The translations under genes were made by a program, and so were the position numbers. A stretch of DNA of 64,000 nt from an uncultured Candidatus Rokubacteria bacterium (GTDB lineage Bacteria > Methylomirabilota > Methylomirabilia > Rokubacteriales > CSP1-6). Under the pieces are notes generated by a model. The model did no database searches and was not told the origin of the DNA. It saw nothing but the letters and a program-made list of their open reading frames with translations. Below, piece after piece: positions 39,026-49,766 of the stretch; within the stretch, counting starts at the first letter, position 1; every line of letters begins with the position of its first letter. The stretch is taken from assembly GCA_963754315.1 (NCBI GenBank), contig CAVWFS010000019.1, forward strand, positions 32,001 through 96,000. The letters run 5' to 3'.

Positions 39026-40012
39026 ATGGCAGATCCACTTCTGAGAGTACGCAACCTGAAGAAGTACTTTCCGATCCGCGGAGGCCTGCTCTCCAAGGAG
39101 GTCGCGCGCGTCCACGCCGTCGATGACGTGTCCTTCGATCTGATGCCCGGGGAGACGCTGGGCCTGGTGGGCGAGTCCGGCTGCGGTAAGTCGACCACCG
39201 GACGGTCGATCCTCCGGCTCATTGAGCCGACGTCGGGTGAGGTCTGGTTCGAGGACAAGAACGTCACCACGCTCGACAAGCGGGCCCTGCGGGCACTCCG
39301 CAAGGAGATGCAGATCATCTTCCAGGATCCCTACGCCTCGCTCAACCCGCGCATGACGGTCGGGTCGATCATCGGAGAGGCTCTGATCATCCACAAGCTG
39401 GCGCCCAGCCGCAAGGCGCGTGAGGAACGCGTCGTGCAGCTCCTGGAGACGGTCGGGCTCAGCGCCGAGCACCTGCGACGCTATCCTCACGAGTTCTCGG
39501 GCGGTCAGCGGCAGCGCATTGGCATTGCCCGCGCCCTGGCTGTCAATCCCAAGCTGATCATTGCCGACGAGCCGGTGTCTGCCCTCGACGTGTCGGTGCA
39601 GGCGCAGGTCATCAACCTTCTCGAGGATCTCCAGGCTCAATTCGGGCTGACCTACCTGTTCATCGCCCACGATCTGTCTGTCGTGGAGCACATCTCGACC
39701 CGCGTGGCCGTGATGTACCTGGGCAAGGTCGTGGAGATCGCGCCGGCCAAGGAGCTCTACACAAACCCGAAGCATCCTTACACCGAGGCTCTCCTGTCGG
39801 CGGTGCCCATTCCGGATCCCGCCATCAAACGAAAGCGGATCCTCCTGGAAGGGGACGTACCGAGTCCGGTCAATCCTCCGTCAGGGTGCCGCTTCCACAC
39901 GCGCTGTGCCCTCCGCGTACCGTCCTGTTCCGAGAACGAGCAGACGCTCAAGGAGGTTTCGCCCGGGCACTGGGTGGCTTGCCAGGTGCGCACCGGCCTC
40001 ACTATCACGTGA
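39026..40012 (+). CDS. Peptide ABC transporter ATPase (DppF/OppF-like)
   Basis: [44 protein letters not shown]. Confidence 0.92.
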   Translation: MADPLLRVRNLKKYFPIRGGLLSKEVARVHAVDDVSFDLMPGETLGLVGESGCGKSTTGRSILRLIEPTSGEVWFEDKNVTTLDKRALRALRKEMQIIFQDPYASLNPRMTVGSIIGEALIIHKLAPSRKAREERVVQLLETVGLSAEHLRRYPHEFSGGQRQRIGIARALAVNPKLIIADEPVSALDVSVQAQVINLLEDLQAQFGLTYLFIAHDLSVVEHISTRVAVMYLGKVVEIAPAKELYTNPKHPYTEALLSAVPIPDPAIKRKRILLEGDVPSPVNPPSGCRFHTRCALRVPSCSENEQTLKEVSPGHWVACQVRTGLTIT

Positions 40013-41235
40013 CCCTGAGCGCGAGGGCGCGGCGGTTCGCCCTCGCCGTCCTCGTCCTGTTCGGCATCGGGGGTGGCCTGATCGTGGCCGAATTCGGGGC
40101 GCGCGCGTACGAATCCACGCGGCGCCCCCGCAAGGACTCGCTCGGCGTCGACGACCCCGTCCGTCACCATCGGTGGAAGCCCAACGCGCGGGGGCGCGTC
40201 CGGGGCGTCGAGTATGAGACCAATTCGCTTGGTCTGCGCGATCGTGAGTATGCAGCGCCGAAGCCGGCGGGAGTGTTTCGCATCCTGATGCTGGGAGATT
40301 CCTTCACCGAAGGGTGGACGGTGCCCTTGGTGGGCGTGGTGGCGAAACGCCTGGAACAGTCGCTGGCCATCCGCTGCCCGAGTCAGTACGAGGTCATCAA
40401 CGGGGGCAATGCCTCCTACTCACCGATTCTCGAGTACCTCTTGTTGAAGGACATCGGGCCCCGTCTTCGCCCCGATCTGGTGCTCCTGAGCTTCGATATG
40501 ACCGACGTGCACGACGATTTCATCCGAACGCGCCTCGCGACCTTCGATGCCAAAGGTCTTCCTATCGCGGTCCCCGCCGACCGGCGGCGAGAGACCGCTC
40601 TGCTCATTCCACCCCTAGGGCCCTCGGCCATCGCCCGCGCCTTCGACCCCGTCAACCAAATGCTGAGGTCCTCCCTGCTGTATCAGGCGTTCCGGAAAGC
40701 CCGACCGGGCCGTTGGTTGCTCGGGCCAACCCGGCTCTCGCCCGAGCGCTTGGAGGCCCTCGGCCTCGTGGGAAACGTCCGTTACGACGTCCTGGCTATC
40801 ACCCGGGACGGGGACTACCCAGAGCAGGAGGCTGCCTGGTCAGACACCGAGCGCTATGTTCTCGGCATACGCGATCTGGCGCGCTCGAACGGAGCCGCCT
40901 TCGTGTTGGCCGTCTATCCTTACGCGCATCAAATCAGCGCCACGGCCTCGGCCGAGGGACGCCGCAAGTTCGGCATCGGGCCTGGTCTCTACGCCTCAGA
41001 AAGGCCCTTCCGGATCCTCGAGGACTTGGGGCAACGCGCAGGGTTTCCCGTCCTGAATCTCCGCTCGTTCATCCGGGACGCCCTTGAGGCTCAGGAGCGC
41101 ACCGTGCCCCAGCTCCCCTTCTACTGGCCCCAGGACATCCACTTCACCGTGCACGGGGCCCGAGCCTTCGCCGAAGGACTCGAGCAGGGCCTGTGGCGCG
41201 AAGGCTTCCTGACCGATTGCGTTCTGTCGAACTAG
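40009..41235 (+). CDS. Membrane-anchored SGNH/GDSL hydrolase
   Basis: N-terminal [27 protein letters not shown]. Confidence 0.8.
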   Translation: MTLSARARRFALAVLVLFGIGGGLIVAEFGARAYESTRRPRKDSLGVDDPVRHHRWKPNARGRVRGVEYETNSLGLRDREYAAPKPAGVFRILMLGDSFTEGWTVPLVGVVAKRLEQSLAIRCPSQYEVINGGNASYSPILEYLLLKDIGPRLRPDLVLLSFDMTDVHDDFIRTRLATFDAKGLPIAVPADRRRETALLIPPLGPSAIARAFDPVNQMLRSSLLYQAFRKARPGRWLLGPTRLSPERLEALGLVGNVRYDVLAITRDGDYPEQEAAWSDTERYVLGIRDLARSNGAAFVLAVYPYAHQISATASAEGRRKFGIGPGLYASERPFRILEDLGQRAGFPVLNLRSFIRDALEAQERTVPQLPFYWPQDIHFTVHGARAFAEGLEQGLWREGFLTDCVLSN

Positions 41236-41256
41236 GGGCATGGGGGCCCCCCCATG
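41235..41256. repeat. Minimal G-tract hairpin between convergent genes
   Basis: GGGGCATGGGGG-CC-CCCCCATG. Confidence 0.5.
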
Positions 41257-41267
41257 AGGTGAATCGG

Positions 41268-42149
41268 CTAATCCCAGAGGAAGGAGCGCGGATTCACAGC
41301 TTGACCGCTCATGAGAATCTCGTAGTGCAGGTGCGGGCCGGAGGAGCGTCCGGTGGTCCCGGACAGGCCAATCTCCGCGCCGCGGGTGACGTACTGACCG
41401 ACCGACACGCGTGCCTTCGTCAGATGCGCGTACACGGTACGGATGTCCTGTCCGTGATCCAAGATGACGGCCACGCCATACTCGTGATGCGTCCCCGCAA
41501 AGATCACGGTGCCTGCCGCCGGCGCGTGCACCGGTGTGCCGGGTGGAGCCGCGATATCGATGCCCGCGTGGAATTCCGGTGCTCGGGACCACGGAGAAAC
41601 GCGGGCTCCGAATTCCGAGTTCACAGTGCCGCGGATCGGCCAGGTCGAGGGGAGAGCCGCCAGCGCACGCGACGCCCGCGCCACCAGGCGTTTGAGCACT
41701 CGTAGGCTGGCACCCGCCTCCTGGATCTCGGCGCTCAGAGCGTTCAGATCTTCCGACGGGGTGAGGGGCGCAGGGGCACGGACGGCCTCCGCGACGGAGC
41801 CCCCGATACCGCGTCCGCCGCCGGTCGGCTCTGCGGCAGGGCCGAACGCCTCCAGGATGTTCGTGTGCAAGGCTCGCCAGGTTCCGACCTCGCGCCGGAG
41901 CTTCGTGATCTCGGCGGTCACCGACGCGATGAACGCGCCCTGGGCCAGGCTCCGATCGGCCACGGCGACCGTTTCGTGCTCGACACCACGCAGACGAATC
42001 CACTCGCTGGTCAGGAAACCGATACCGAGGCCGCCCACCACGAGCACCAGGCAGGCGAAGACCACGCGCAAGGGCGAGAGGGTCACCCCGATGATCCGGG
42101 TGCCATTCTCGCGAACGAGCTGCACGGTCACGTGGGGTCGGCAGTCCAT
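41268..42149 (-). CDS. M23 family metallopeptidase
   Basis: TM plus coiled coil, HAGID, YAHL, GTTGRSSGPHLHYE. Confidence 0.9.
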   Translation of the reverse strand: MDCRPHVTVQLVRENGTRIIGVTLSPLRVVFACLVLVVGGLGIGFLTSEWIRLRGVEHETVAVADRSLAQGAFIASVTAEITKLRREVGTWRALHTNILEAFGPAAEPTGGGRGIGGSVAEAVRAPAPLTPSEDLNALSAEIQEAGASLRVLKRLVARASRALAALPSTWPIRGTVNSEFGARVSPWSRAPEFHAGIDIAAPPGTPVHAPAAGTVIFAGTHHEYGVAVILDHGQDIRTVYAHLTKARVSVGQYVTRGAEIGLSGTTGRSSGPHLHYEILMSGQAVNPRSFLWD

Positions 42150-42195
42150 AGGAAAAGGGGCCGCACTGTCGATCGAGCGTTGACGTGCTGGCCGG

Positions 42196-42280
42196 GTTTT
42201 ACCCCAGTCAGCAAGCGGCTGTCAACCGAAGTCAGCGCGGGCGCCATTCGTTGACTCGTTTCCCAAGGGCGCAGTATCAT
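42196..42280. promoter_or_regulatory. Divergent sigma70-type promoters
   Basis: Minus TTGACA-N18-TAAAAC (42225-42196); plus TTGACT-N18-TATCAT (42251-42280). Confidence 0.55.
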
Positions 42281-42304
42281 CAGCCGACCGCGGAAAAGGA
42301 CGCC

Positions 42305-43474
42305 ATGGACGAGTTTTACCGGATCAAACGGCTGCCACCCTACGTCTTCGCGATCGTGAACGACCTGAAGGCGAAGGCGCGCGCGCGGGGCGAGGATGTC
42401 ATCGACCTTGGAATGGGCAATCCCGATCTGGGGACGCCCAAACACATCGTTGCCAAGCTGATCGAGGCTGCTCAGAACCCGCGCAACCACCGGTATTCGG
42501 CTTCGCGAGGCATTACCCGGCTGCGCGTGGCCATCACCAAGTGGTACCGGGATCGCTACGGCGTAGAGCTCGATCCCGAGACAGAAGCCATCGCCACCAT
42601 CGGGGCCAAGGAGGGGTTGGCCCATCTGGCCTTGGCCGTACTTCAACCCGGTGACGGCGTTCTCGTGCCCAACCCGACCTACCCGATTCATTCGTACTCC
42701 GTGGTCATCGCCGACGGCGACCTGCGTTCGGTGCCGCTCGCGCCCGGGATCGATTTCTTCGAGAAGCTGGAGGAGACGGCCAAGCTCGCCTGGCCCAAGG
42801 CGCGGCTTCTCATTCTCTCCTTCCCCCACAATCCGACCACGATGTGCATCGACCGTGCCTTCTTCGAGCGGGTGGTGGAGTTCGCGCGCGAACATCGCCT
42901 GATGGTGGTCCACGACTTCGCATACGCCGATCTGGCTTTCGACGGTTATCGCCCCCCATCGTTCCTGGAAGTGCCCGGGGCAAGGGAGGTGGGGGTCGAG
43001 CTCTTCTCGATGACGAAGTCATACAACATGGCGGGCTGGCGGCTCGCCTTCGCCTGCGGCAATCGGCAGATGATCCATGCGCTGGCGCGGATCAAGTCGT
43101 ATCTCGACTACGGCGTGTTCCAGCCGATTCAAATCGCCGGCATCATCGCCCTCGAGGGCAACCAGGCGATCGTCGGCGAAATCAACGAGGTCTACCGGCG
43201 GCGACGCGATGTCCTGGTGGATGGCCTCAACAAGCTCGGCTGGTCGGTGCCCAAGCCCAAGGGCACGATGTTCGTGTGGGCGCCCATCCCGGAGGCGTTG
43301 CGGCCCCTGGGTTCGCTTGAGTTTGCCAAGCTTCTCATCCAGGAGGCCAGGGTCGCCGTGTCGCCTGGCATCGGGTTCGGCGAGTACGGGGAGGGATACG
43401 TGCGCTTCGCCCTGGTCGAAAACGAGCAACGCATCCGCCAGGCGCTCCGCGGCCTCAAGCAGCTCGCCCGCTGA
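42305..43474 (+). CDS. Class I/II aminotransferase (AlaC-like)
   Basis: [55 protein letters not shown]; upstream of hom. Confidence 0.85.
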   Translation: MDEFYRIKRLPPYVFAIVNDLKAKARARGEDVIDLGMGNPDLGTPKHIVAKLIEAAQNPRNHRYSASRGITRLRVAITKWYRDRYGVELDPETEAIATIGAKEGLAHLALAVLQPGDGVLVPNPTYPIHSYSVVIADGDLRSVPLAPGIDFFEKLEETAKLAWPKARLLILSFPHNPTTMCIDRAFFERVVEFAREHRLMVVHDFAYADLAFDGYRPPSFLEVPGAREVGVELFSMTKSYNMAGWRLAFACGNRQMIHALARIKSYLDYGVFQPIQIAGIIALEGNQAIVGEINEVYRRRRDVLVDGLNKLGWSVPKPKGTMFVWAPIPEALRPLGSLEFAKLLIQEARVAVSPGIGFGEYGEGYVRFALVENEQRIRQALRGLKQLAR

Positions 43475-43483
43475 GCCGCGCCC

Positions 43484-44791
43484 ATGCGTGAGGTCCGCCT
43501 AGGGCTCCTCGGGCTCGGTACAGTCGGTGCCGGCGTAGTCAAGCTCCTCCTGGCCCAGCGTGTCTCTCTCGAGGAGCGCGCGGGGTGCCGGCTCACTCTG
43601 AGCCGCATCGCGGACGTCGACCTGACTCGCCCGCGGGAGGGGCTCGATCTGGCCAGCCTTCCCCTCGCCTCCGACGCCGGCGCCGTGCTCGACGATCCCG
43701 AGGTCGACATCGTCATCGAGCTGGTGGGAGGGCTCGAGCCGGCACGCTCGTTGATCGTGAGGGCCATGGCATCCGGCAAGCACGTGGTGACCGCCAACAA
43801 GGCCCTGCTCGCCCATCACGGCGTCCAACTCTACGACGAGGCCCGCCGACACGGCGTGACCCTAGCCTTCGAGGCGGCCGTGGCAGGCGGGATCCCGCTC
43901 ATCCGAGCCGTGAAGGAAGGCCTGGTCGCCAACCGCATCCTGGCCGTCGCCGGTATCGTGAACGGCACCTGCAACTACGTGCTTTCTAAGATGGCGGACG
44001 AGGGGCTCGATTTCTCGGTCGTGCTGAAGGAGGCGCAGGCCCGAGGTTATGCGGAGGCCGATCCCACGCTCGATGTCGACGGACACGATTCCGCGCACAA
44101 GCTGCAGATCCTCGTCTCGCTGGCCTTCCGTACTTTCGTCGACCTGAAGGATATCTACACGGAGGGCATCACCAAGGTCACCGATGCGGACATCGCCTAT
44201 GCGCGCGAACTAGGTTACACGATCAAGCTGCTCGCCATCGCCAAGGCCGTGGACGGCGGCGTCGAGGCACGGGTCCACCCGACCATGATCCCGGCGGCCT
44301 CCCCTCTGGCCGCGGTGTCAGGCGTGTTCAATGCTGTCTTCATCACGGGTGATGCTGTGGGCGATCTCATGTTTTATGGGCGTGGCGCGGGACAGCTTCC
44401 GACGGCCTCGGCCATTTGGTCGGACACCCTCGAGATCGCTCGCCGGATCGCGCACGGTATTCCCGCGCTCGCTCTTGAGCTGCCGACGGCGGGGACGGTC
44501 GCTCTGCCGCTGAGGCCGATGTCAAGCGTCCGCAGCGGCTACTACCTTCGCGTCATGGCGCAGGACCGCCCTGGAGTGCTTTCACGTATCACCGGAATCC
44601 TCGGTGATCACAGCATCTCGATCGCCTCCATGATTCAAAAGGGACGAGGCCCCGCCGAAGCGGTACCGGTGGTGATGATGACTCACGAGGCCACCGAGCG
44701 CGATATCCGGGCCGCCCTCACCGAGATCGACCGGCTGGCGGTGGTGGCGTTTCCCACCACGCTCATCCGGGTGGAGGGCGGCCCGGGATGA
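43484..44791 (+). CDS. hom: Homoserine dehydrogenase with ACT domain
   Basis: GLGTVG, VVTANKA, FEAAVAGGIP, NGTCNY, GYAEADP, DRPGVL. Confidence 0.95.
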   Translation: MREVRLGLLGLGTVGAGVVKLLLAQRVSLEERAGCRLTLSRIADVDLTRPREGLDLASLPLASDAGAVLDDPEVDIVIELVGGLEPARSLIVRAMASGKHVVTANKALLAHHGVQLYDEARRHGVTLAFEAAVAGGIPLIRAVKEGLVANRILAVAGIVNGTCNYVLSKMADEGLDFSVVLKEAQARGYAEADPTLDVDGHDSAHKLQILVSLAFRTFVDLKDIYTEGITKVTDADIAYARELGYTIKLLAIAKAVDGGVEARVHPTMIPAASPLAAVSGVFNAVFITGDAVGDLMFYGRGAGQLPTASAIWSDTLEIARRIAHGIPALALELPTAGTVALPLRPMSSVRSGYYLRVMAQDRPGVLSRITGILGDHSISIASMIQKGRGPAEAVPVVMMTHEATERDIRAALTEIDRLAVVAFPTTLIRVEGGPG

Positions 44792-45821
44792 AGCTTCTCG
44801 CGCTGCTGCTCGGTCCCTGAAGCGCCTCAAGATCCTCGTCGGCGGCGCGGTCAGCGTCGCCCTGCTCGTCTATCTGTTCGCGACCATTGATCTCAGCGCT
44901 CTCGCCCAACAGCTGCACCGCACGAAGTGGGGCTGGGTGGCGGCGGCAGCGGCTCTGAGCCTGCTCGCCATCTGGGCGCGCGCGATCCGTTGGCGCTATC
45001 TCTTTCCGCCGCGCTCCGATCCGCCAGGCCTCGTCGCTGCCATCATGATCGGCTATATGATCAACAACGTGCTTCCCCTGCGCGCGGGGGAATTCGCCCG
45101 GGTATACGTGGTCGCCCACCGGTGGGGGCACGGCTTCTGGACGACCTTGGGCACGGTCGTCGTCGAGAGGGTCCTGGACGGCATGACCGTGGTCCTCATG
45201 CTAGGAATCCTGGTCTTCCTCATCCCGGTTCCCGCGTTGATGCAGTGGGGAGCGTTCGTCATGCTGGCTGTCAACCTGGTGGCCGTAGCCATCCTTGCCG
45301 GAATGGCCTGGCGCCCGGCTCTCACCCACACCGCCGCGCGCAGGATTCTTCGGCGCTGGCCGCGTTTGCAGGGCCTCGTGACCCGCGCCTTTGACCGGTT
45401 CGCTCGAGGTCTGGAGGGCGTGCGCTCGGCCTCTCACATCCTACCGCTGCTGGTCTGGACGGTGGCCGCGTGGGGGATCCCGGCCCTCGAGGCGTGGATG
45501 GTGCTCCGGGCATTCGACCTTTCACTGTCCTGGGTGGCGCCCTGGGTGGTGCTGGCATTCGTGGGAATCAGCGTCTCGATTCCCGCCGCCCCGGGATTCA
45601 TCGGTGTGTTTCACGCGGCAACGGCGGTGGCGCTGAGCCTCTTCGGGGTAGCGCGGTCCGAGGCTGTCGGCTACGCGCTCATCCTGCACGCTGCGCAGTT
45701 CGTACCCGTGACCCTTGTTGGCTGGCTGCTCCTCCTGCGCGAACAGGTAAGCCTCACCGAGGTCGCACAAGTCAAAGCGGACCCCCAGGGGAAGTCGGTC
45801 GAGCACGAGACCGCTCGCTAG
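44788..45821 (+). CDS. Lysylphosphatidylglycerol synthase TM/flippase-like (UPF0104) protein; 5' end apparently frameshifted
   Basis: RAIRWRYL, NNVLPLRAGEF.R, VVERVLD, IPAAPGFIGVF; frame open back past CTG 44817. Confidence 0.75.
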
Positions 45822-45869
45822 GCGCTCCCTGTACTAATCCTGAATAGCCGGGGTTCTATACTGGCTGCC

Positions 45870-46619
45870 ATGAAGCTTGCCGACCACTTCACCGAGACAG
45901 GGGCGTTCTTCTTCCGGTGGCGGAGCTTCCTGCCGCTCCTGCTGGTGCCGGCCTTCGTAGCCAGCTTCTTTGGCCCGCGGATCTTGTTTGGCGACCCCGC
46001 GCTCACCCTGGCCTGGCAGATCGGATGCTTCCTCGTCGCGACGCTCGGCGTAGGCGTTCGCTTGCTGGTTATCGGAACTTCGCCTCGGGGAACGTCCGGC
46101 CGAAACACTCGCGAGCAAAAAGCGGATGTCCTGAACACGACCGGGCCCTACTCGCTTGTGCGGCATCCACTCTACGTCGGCAACTATCTCATCGCCCTTG
46201 GTCTCTCCGGCTTCCCGCGGACGTGGTTTCTCCCGATCATCGTCACCCTGGCTGCGCTGCTCTACTACGAGCGGATCGCGGCCCGGGAAGAGCAATACCT
46301 GGAAGAGAAGTTCGGTGAGGCGTTCGCGCGCTGGGCCAGGGAGACGCCCGCCGTGCTGCCGACCTTCGCGCACTACCGCCCGCCCCTCATCCCTTTTCGC
46401 TGGCGGGTGGCCCTGGCCCGGGAATTCTATGCGATCTTCGTGGTCACTGCCGCCTTCTTCGCCCTCGACGCGCTCGACACCCACGTGGCTTCGGGTTGGC
46501 CCCGCCCGCACCTGCTATGGACCGTCATCTTCCTCACCGGAGCCCTCTTCTTCGTGGTGATGCGCACCTTGAAGAAGCGTGGCCGTTTGGCGCGACGGCC
46601 AGAGGTCCCCGTCCGCTGA
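45870..46619 (+). CDS. ICMT-family membrane methyltransferase, LmtA-like
   Basis: FFRWRSFLP, GTSGRNT, LNTTGPYSLVRHPLYVGN, EEQYL..KFG. Confidence 0.75.
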   Translation: MKLADHFTETGAFFFRWRSFLPLLLVPAFVASFFGPRILFGDPALTLAWQIGCFLVATLGVGVRLLVIGTSPRGTSGRNTREQKADVLNTTGPYSLVRHPLYVGNYLIALGLSGFPRTWFLPIIVTLAALLYYERIAAREEQYLEEKFGEAFARWARETPAVLPTFAHYRPPLIPFRWRVALAREFYAIFVVTAAFFALDALDTHVASGWPRPHLLWTVIFLTGALFFVVMRTLKKRGRLARRPEVPVR

Positions 46620-46702
46620 GCAACCTGTTCCGGTCGTAGGTGAATCGACGAACGTGGGCATCCTTGCCAGCGCTCACGGGCGTCGTGTAGGCTGCCACCA
46701 TC

Positions 46703-47950
46703 ATGGCCCTGATCGTGCAGAAATACGGGGGGTCGTCGGTCGCCGATCCCGAGAAGATCATGAACGTCGCTCGACGGGTGGCCGCCAGCGCCAGCGGCGA
46801 GGGTCACGGCAGCGGCCATCAGATGGTCGTCGTGGTTTCGGCCATGGGTAAGACCACCGACGGCCTGGTGGAATTGGCGCAACGGATCACTCCGGCCCCG
46901 GAACCACGCGAGATGGATATGCTGCTCGCCACCGGCGAGCAGGTCACCATCGCCCTCTTGGCGATGGCTCTTCACGCCCTCGGCTTCAAGGCTCGTTCGT
47001 TCACCGGTCCCCAGGTCGGTATGGTGACGGACCGCGCCCACACCAAGGCCCGCATCACGAGGATCAGAGGCGATCGCGTACGCCGCGCGCTCGATGACGG
47101 TGAGATCGCGGTGGTGGCCGGCTTTCAGGGCCTCTCCGACGAGGACGAGGTCACCACCCTCGGCCGTGGCGGGTCGGATCTCACGGCGGTGGCGCTGGCG
47201 GCCGCACTGAGGGCCGACGTGTGCGAGATCTACACCGACGTGGACGGTGTATACACCGCCGACCCCAACGTCGTTCCCGACGCCCGCAAGCTCGCCCGGG
47301 TGGCGTACGACGAGATGCTGGAGATGGCGAGCCTAGGCGCCAAGGTGCTGCAGGCGCGCTCCGTGGAGTTCGCCAAGAAGTACGCGGTGCCCGTGCACGT
47401 ACGCTCGACCTTCAAGCCGGAAGGTGGCACCCTCGTCGCCACGGAGGAGACGAGCATGGAAGCGGCGGTGGTCACCGGTATCACTCACGATCGCAGCCAG
47501 GCCAAGATCTCGATCCTGCGCGTACCCGACCGGCCGGGCATCGCCGCCCGTGTTTTCGGGGCTGTGGCCGAGCGCAGCATCGTGGTCGACATGATCGTGC
47601 AGAACATCAGCCGCGATGGTTTCACCGATATCTCCTTCACCTTGCCCCGCGGCGACCACGCGCGGGCCGCCACCGCCCTCGAGGAGATCGCGCGCGAGGT
47701 AGGAGCCCTGGGCATCGTTCACGACGAACGAGTGGCCAAGGTATCGATCGTGGGGGTGGGCATGCGTAGCCACTCCGGCGTGGCTGCTCGCATGTTCGCC
47801 GCTCTCTCCCAGGAAGCTATCAACATCCAGATGATCTCTACCTCCGAGATCGCGGTGTCCTGTGTGATCGAGGACAAGTACGCGGAGCTAGCCGTGCGCG
47901 CCCTGCACGATGCCTTCGAGCTCGCCCGCGAGCCAGTGAGCCCCGCATGA
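46703..47950 (+). CDS. lysC: Aspartate kinase
   Basis: [36 protein letters not shown], two ACT domains. Confidence 0.95.
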   Translation: MALIVQKYGGSSVADPEKIMNVARRVAASASGEGHGSGHQMVVVVSAMGKTTDGLVELAQRITPAPEPREMDMLLATGEQVTIALLAMALHALGFKARSFTGPQVGMVTDRAHTKARITRIRGDRVRRALDDGEIAVVAGFQGLSDEDEVTTLGRGGSDLTAVALAAALRADVCEIYTDVDGVYTADPNVVPDARKLARVAYDEMLEMASLGAKVLQARSVEFAKKYAVPVHVRSTFKPEGGTLVATEETSMEAAVVTGITHDRSQAKISILRVPDRPGIAARVFGAVAERSIVVDMIVQNISRDGFTDISFTLPRGDHARAATALEEIAREVGALGIVHDERVAKVSIVGVGMRSHSGVAARMFAALSQEAINIQMISTSEIAVSCVIEDKYAELAVRALHDAFELAREPVSPA

Positions 47951-49131
47951 GCACAGGCCGGGCTGCCGTCTTCTTCGGCCCTGGTAAGCCGTTCGAGATC
48001 CGCGACGTGCCCCTGCCGGAGGTGGAGCCGGACGCCGTCCTCATTCGTGTATCCCTTGCCAACGTCTGTGGATCCGATCTGCACTTCTGGCGTGGCGACG
48101 CCCCGCTACGCCTCCCGGAGGACGGGTGGATCTATGGCCATGAAATGATGGGACGAGTGGCCCGCCTCGGTGCTCGCATCAAGACGGACTCACTCGGCCG
48201 CCCGCTCAAGGAGGGCGACCGTGTCGCCTACACCTACTTCTATCCGTGCGGTCGCTGCTACGCGTGCCTGAACAAGGAGCCGGCCAACTGTCCGGCCAAG
48301 ATCGAGCGGCCCCGTGGGCCCTCGGAGTTCCCACACTTCCACGGCGCTTTTGCGGAGTACTACTACTTACGGCCGGGGGGCGCGCTGTTCCTCGTTCCCG
48401 ACTCGCTCGCAGACGAGTTGGTCGCGCCCGTGAACTGCGCGCTCTCGCAGGTGATCTTCGGGCTCCATCAGGCAGGCCTACGCTTTGGAGGCCACATCGT
48501 CATTCAGGGCGCGGGTGGGCTTGGCATCCAGGCGGCGGCAGTGGCCAAGGACATGGGCGCCCAGACGGTAATCGTCATCGACCAGATCCCGGGCCGCCTC
48601 GAGCTGGCACGTGCCTTTGGCGCCGACTACACCATCAACGTCCGCGACGTCGCCGACAGGAGGGAGCGCGTGAATCTCGTGCGCGCGCAGACAGGCGGCG
48701 TCGGCGCCGATGTGGCCTGCGACTTCGTGGGCTTTCCGTCAGTGATTGCAGAGGGCATCGAGATGCTGCGGCCTGGAGGCACCTACCTCGAGATCGGGAC
48801 CATTAGTCGAGGCGCGAAGATGGAGTTCGAGCCGGCCCAGCTCGTGTGGGGCGGCAAGAAGATCGTCGGCGTGATCATGTACGATGCCTGGGTCATTCCC
48901 CGCGCTCTCGACTTTCTCGTCCGCAATCGGACGCGCTGGCCGTTCGAGCGTCTGTTATCCCACCGGTATCCTCTCGAGCAGATCGACAGGGCGTTCAACG
49001 AGAGCGAGTGGCACGCGCGCGAAACCACGACGATCACCCGGGCGGCCATTATCATGGGGGGCCCCGATATGGCCCCCCATACCCCCCAAGCGCTCGGGAC
49101 TCCCCGGGATACCCGGGGCGCCCCTCGTTAA
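47947..49131 (+). CDS. Zinc-binding MDR alcohol dehydrogenase with repeat-derived C-terminal tail
   Basis: CGSD, GHE, CGRC..C, GAGGLG; last 25 aa encoded by the hairpin element. Confidence 0.88.
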   Translation: MSTGRAAVFFGPGKPFEIRDVPLPEVEPDAVLIRVSLANVCGSDLHFWRGDAPLRLPEDGWIYGHEMMGRVARLGARIKTDSLGRPLKEGDRVAYTYFYPCGRCYACLNKEPANCPAKIERPRGPSEFPHFHGAFAEYYYLRPGGALFLVPDSLADELVAPVNCALSQVIFGLHQAGLRFGGHIVIQGAGGLGIQAAAVAKDMGAQTVIVIDQIPGRLELARAFGADYTINVRDVADRRERVNLVRAQTGGVGADVACDFVGFPSVIAEGIEMLRPGGTYLEIGTISRGAKMEFEPAQLVWGGKKIVGVIMYDAWVIPRALDFLVRNRTRWPFERLLSHRYPLEQIDRAFNESEWHARETTTITRAAIIMGGPDMAPHTPQALGTPRDTRGAPR

Positions 49132-49256
49132 TCCGCGGCGGTGGGGCGGCGCCTAGCGCGCACCATAGTCGCCCCACGCGCGCGGCGACCCCCCGGGATA
49201 CCCGGGGCGCCCCTCGTTAACCCGCGGCGGTGGGGCGGCGCCACCATAGTCGCCCC
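49054..49256 (+). repeat. Double-hairpin element plus partial duplication (89-bp period)
   Basis: CCCCGGGATACCCGGGGCGCCCCTCGTTAA at 49102 and 49191, each followed by CCGCGGCGGTGGGGCGGCGC..CACCATAGTCGCCCC. Confidence 0.88.
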
Positions 49257-49334
49257 GATGTCGCCCCAAGCGCGTCGGGGTGTATCGATTCTTCGACTCT
49301 AGCTCGGGTGCAGTTGGCGTGGCACGGTCGCAAG

Positions 49335-49766
49335 GTGGTCCTTTATTCGAGGCGACAGCTCGTAGTCCTGCTGGCTCTGGTGGCCACGTTTGGAGGAGGG
49401 CTGGCCGTCGAGCGGTGGCGTCGTGCCCACCCTGAGACCGTCGAGCGCCTCGAGCGCTTCGACCGCACAGGGACGGAAGACATTACCGCGAGCCCGGACG
49501 GGCGCCAGGGCCGTACTTCCCCACGTCCCCCGAAGCTCCGGGCCGACGAGAGCTCGACGAGCAGCAGCCTTCCGATCGATCTCAACCGGGCAACCCTCGA
49601 GGAGTTGACTCGCCTGCCCGGCATCGGACGCGAGCTGGCGACACGGATCATCGAAGCGCGCAACCTGGAGGCCTTCGCGTCCGTCGAGGATCTTCGGCGA
49701 GTGCGGGGCCTCGGTGAATCGAAGCTCGAGCGCATGCGACCATTCGTGACCATCGGTGACCCGTAA
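49335..49766 (+). CDS. comEA: ComEA helix-hairpin-helix DNA receptor
   Basis: N-terminal TM, IDLNRAT.EEL..LPGIG, L.RVRGLG; upstream of comEC. Confidence 0.85.
   Translation: MVLYSRRQLVVLLALVATFGGGLAVERWRRAHPETVERLERFDRTGTEDITASPDGRQGRTSPRPPKLRADESSTSSSLPIDLNRATLEELTRLPGIGRELATRIIEARNLEAFASVEDLRRVRGLGESKLERMRPFVTIGDP

Noticed and set aside
49320..49334. Sigma54 promoter before comEA
   Set aside because: TGGCACG is present but the -12 element is mis-spaced and non-consensus
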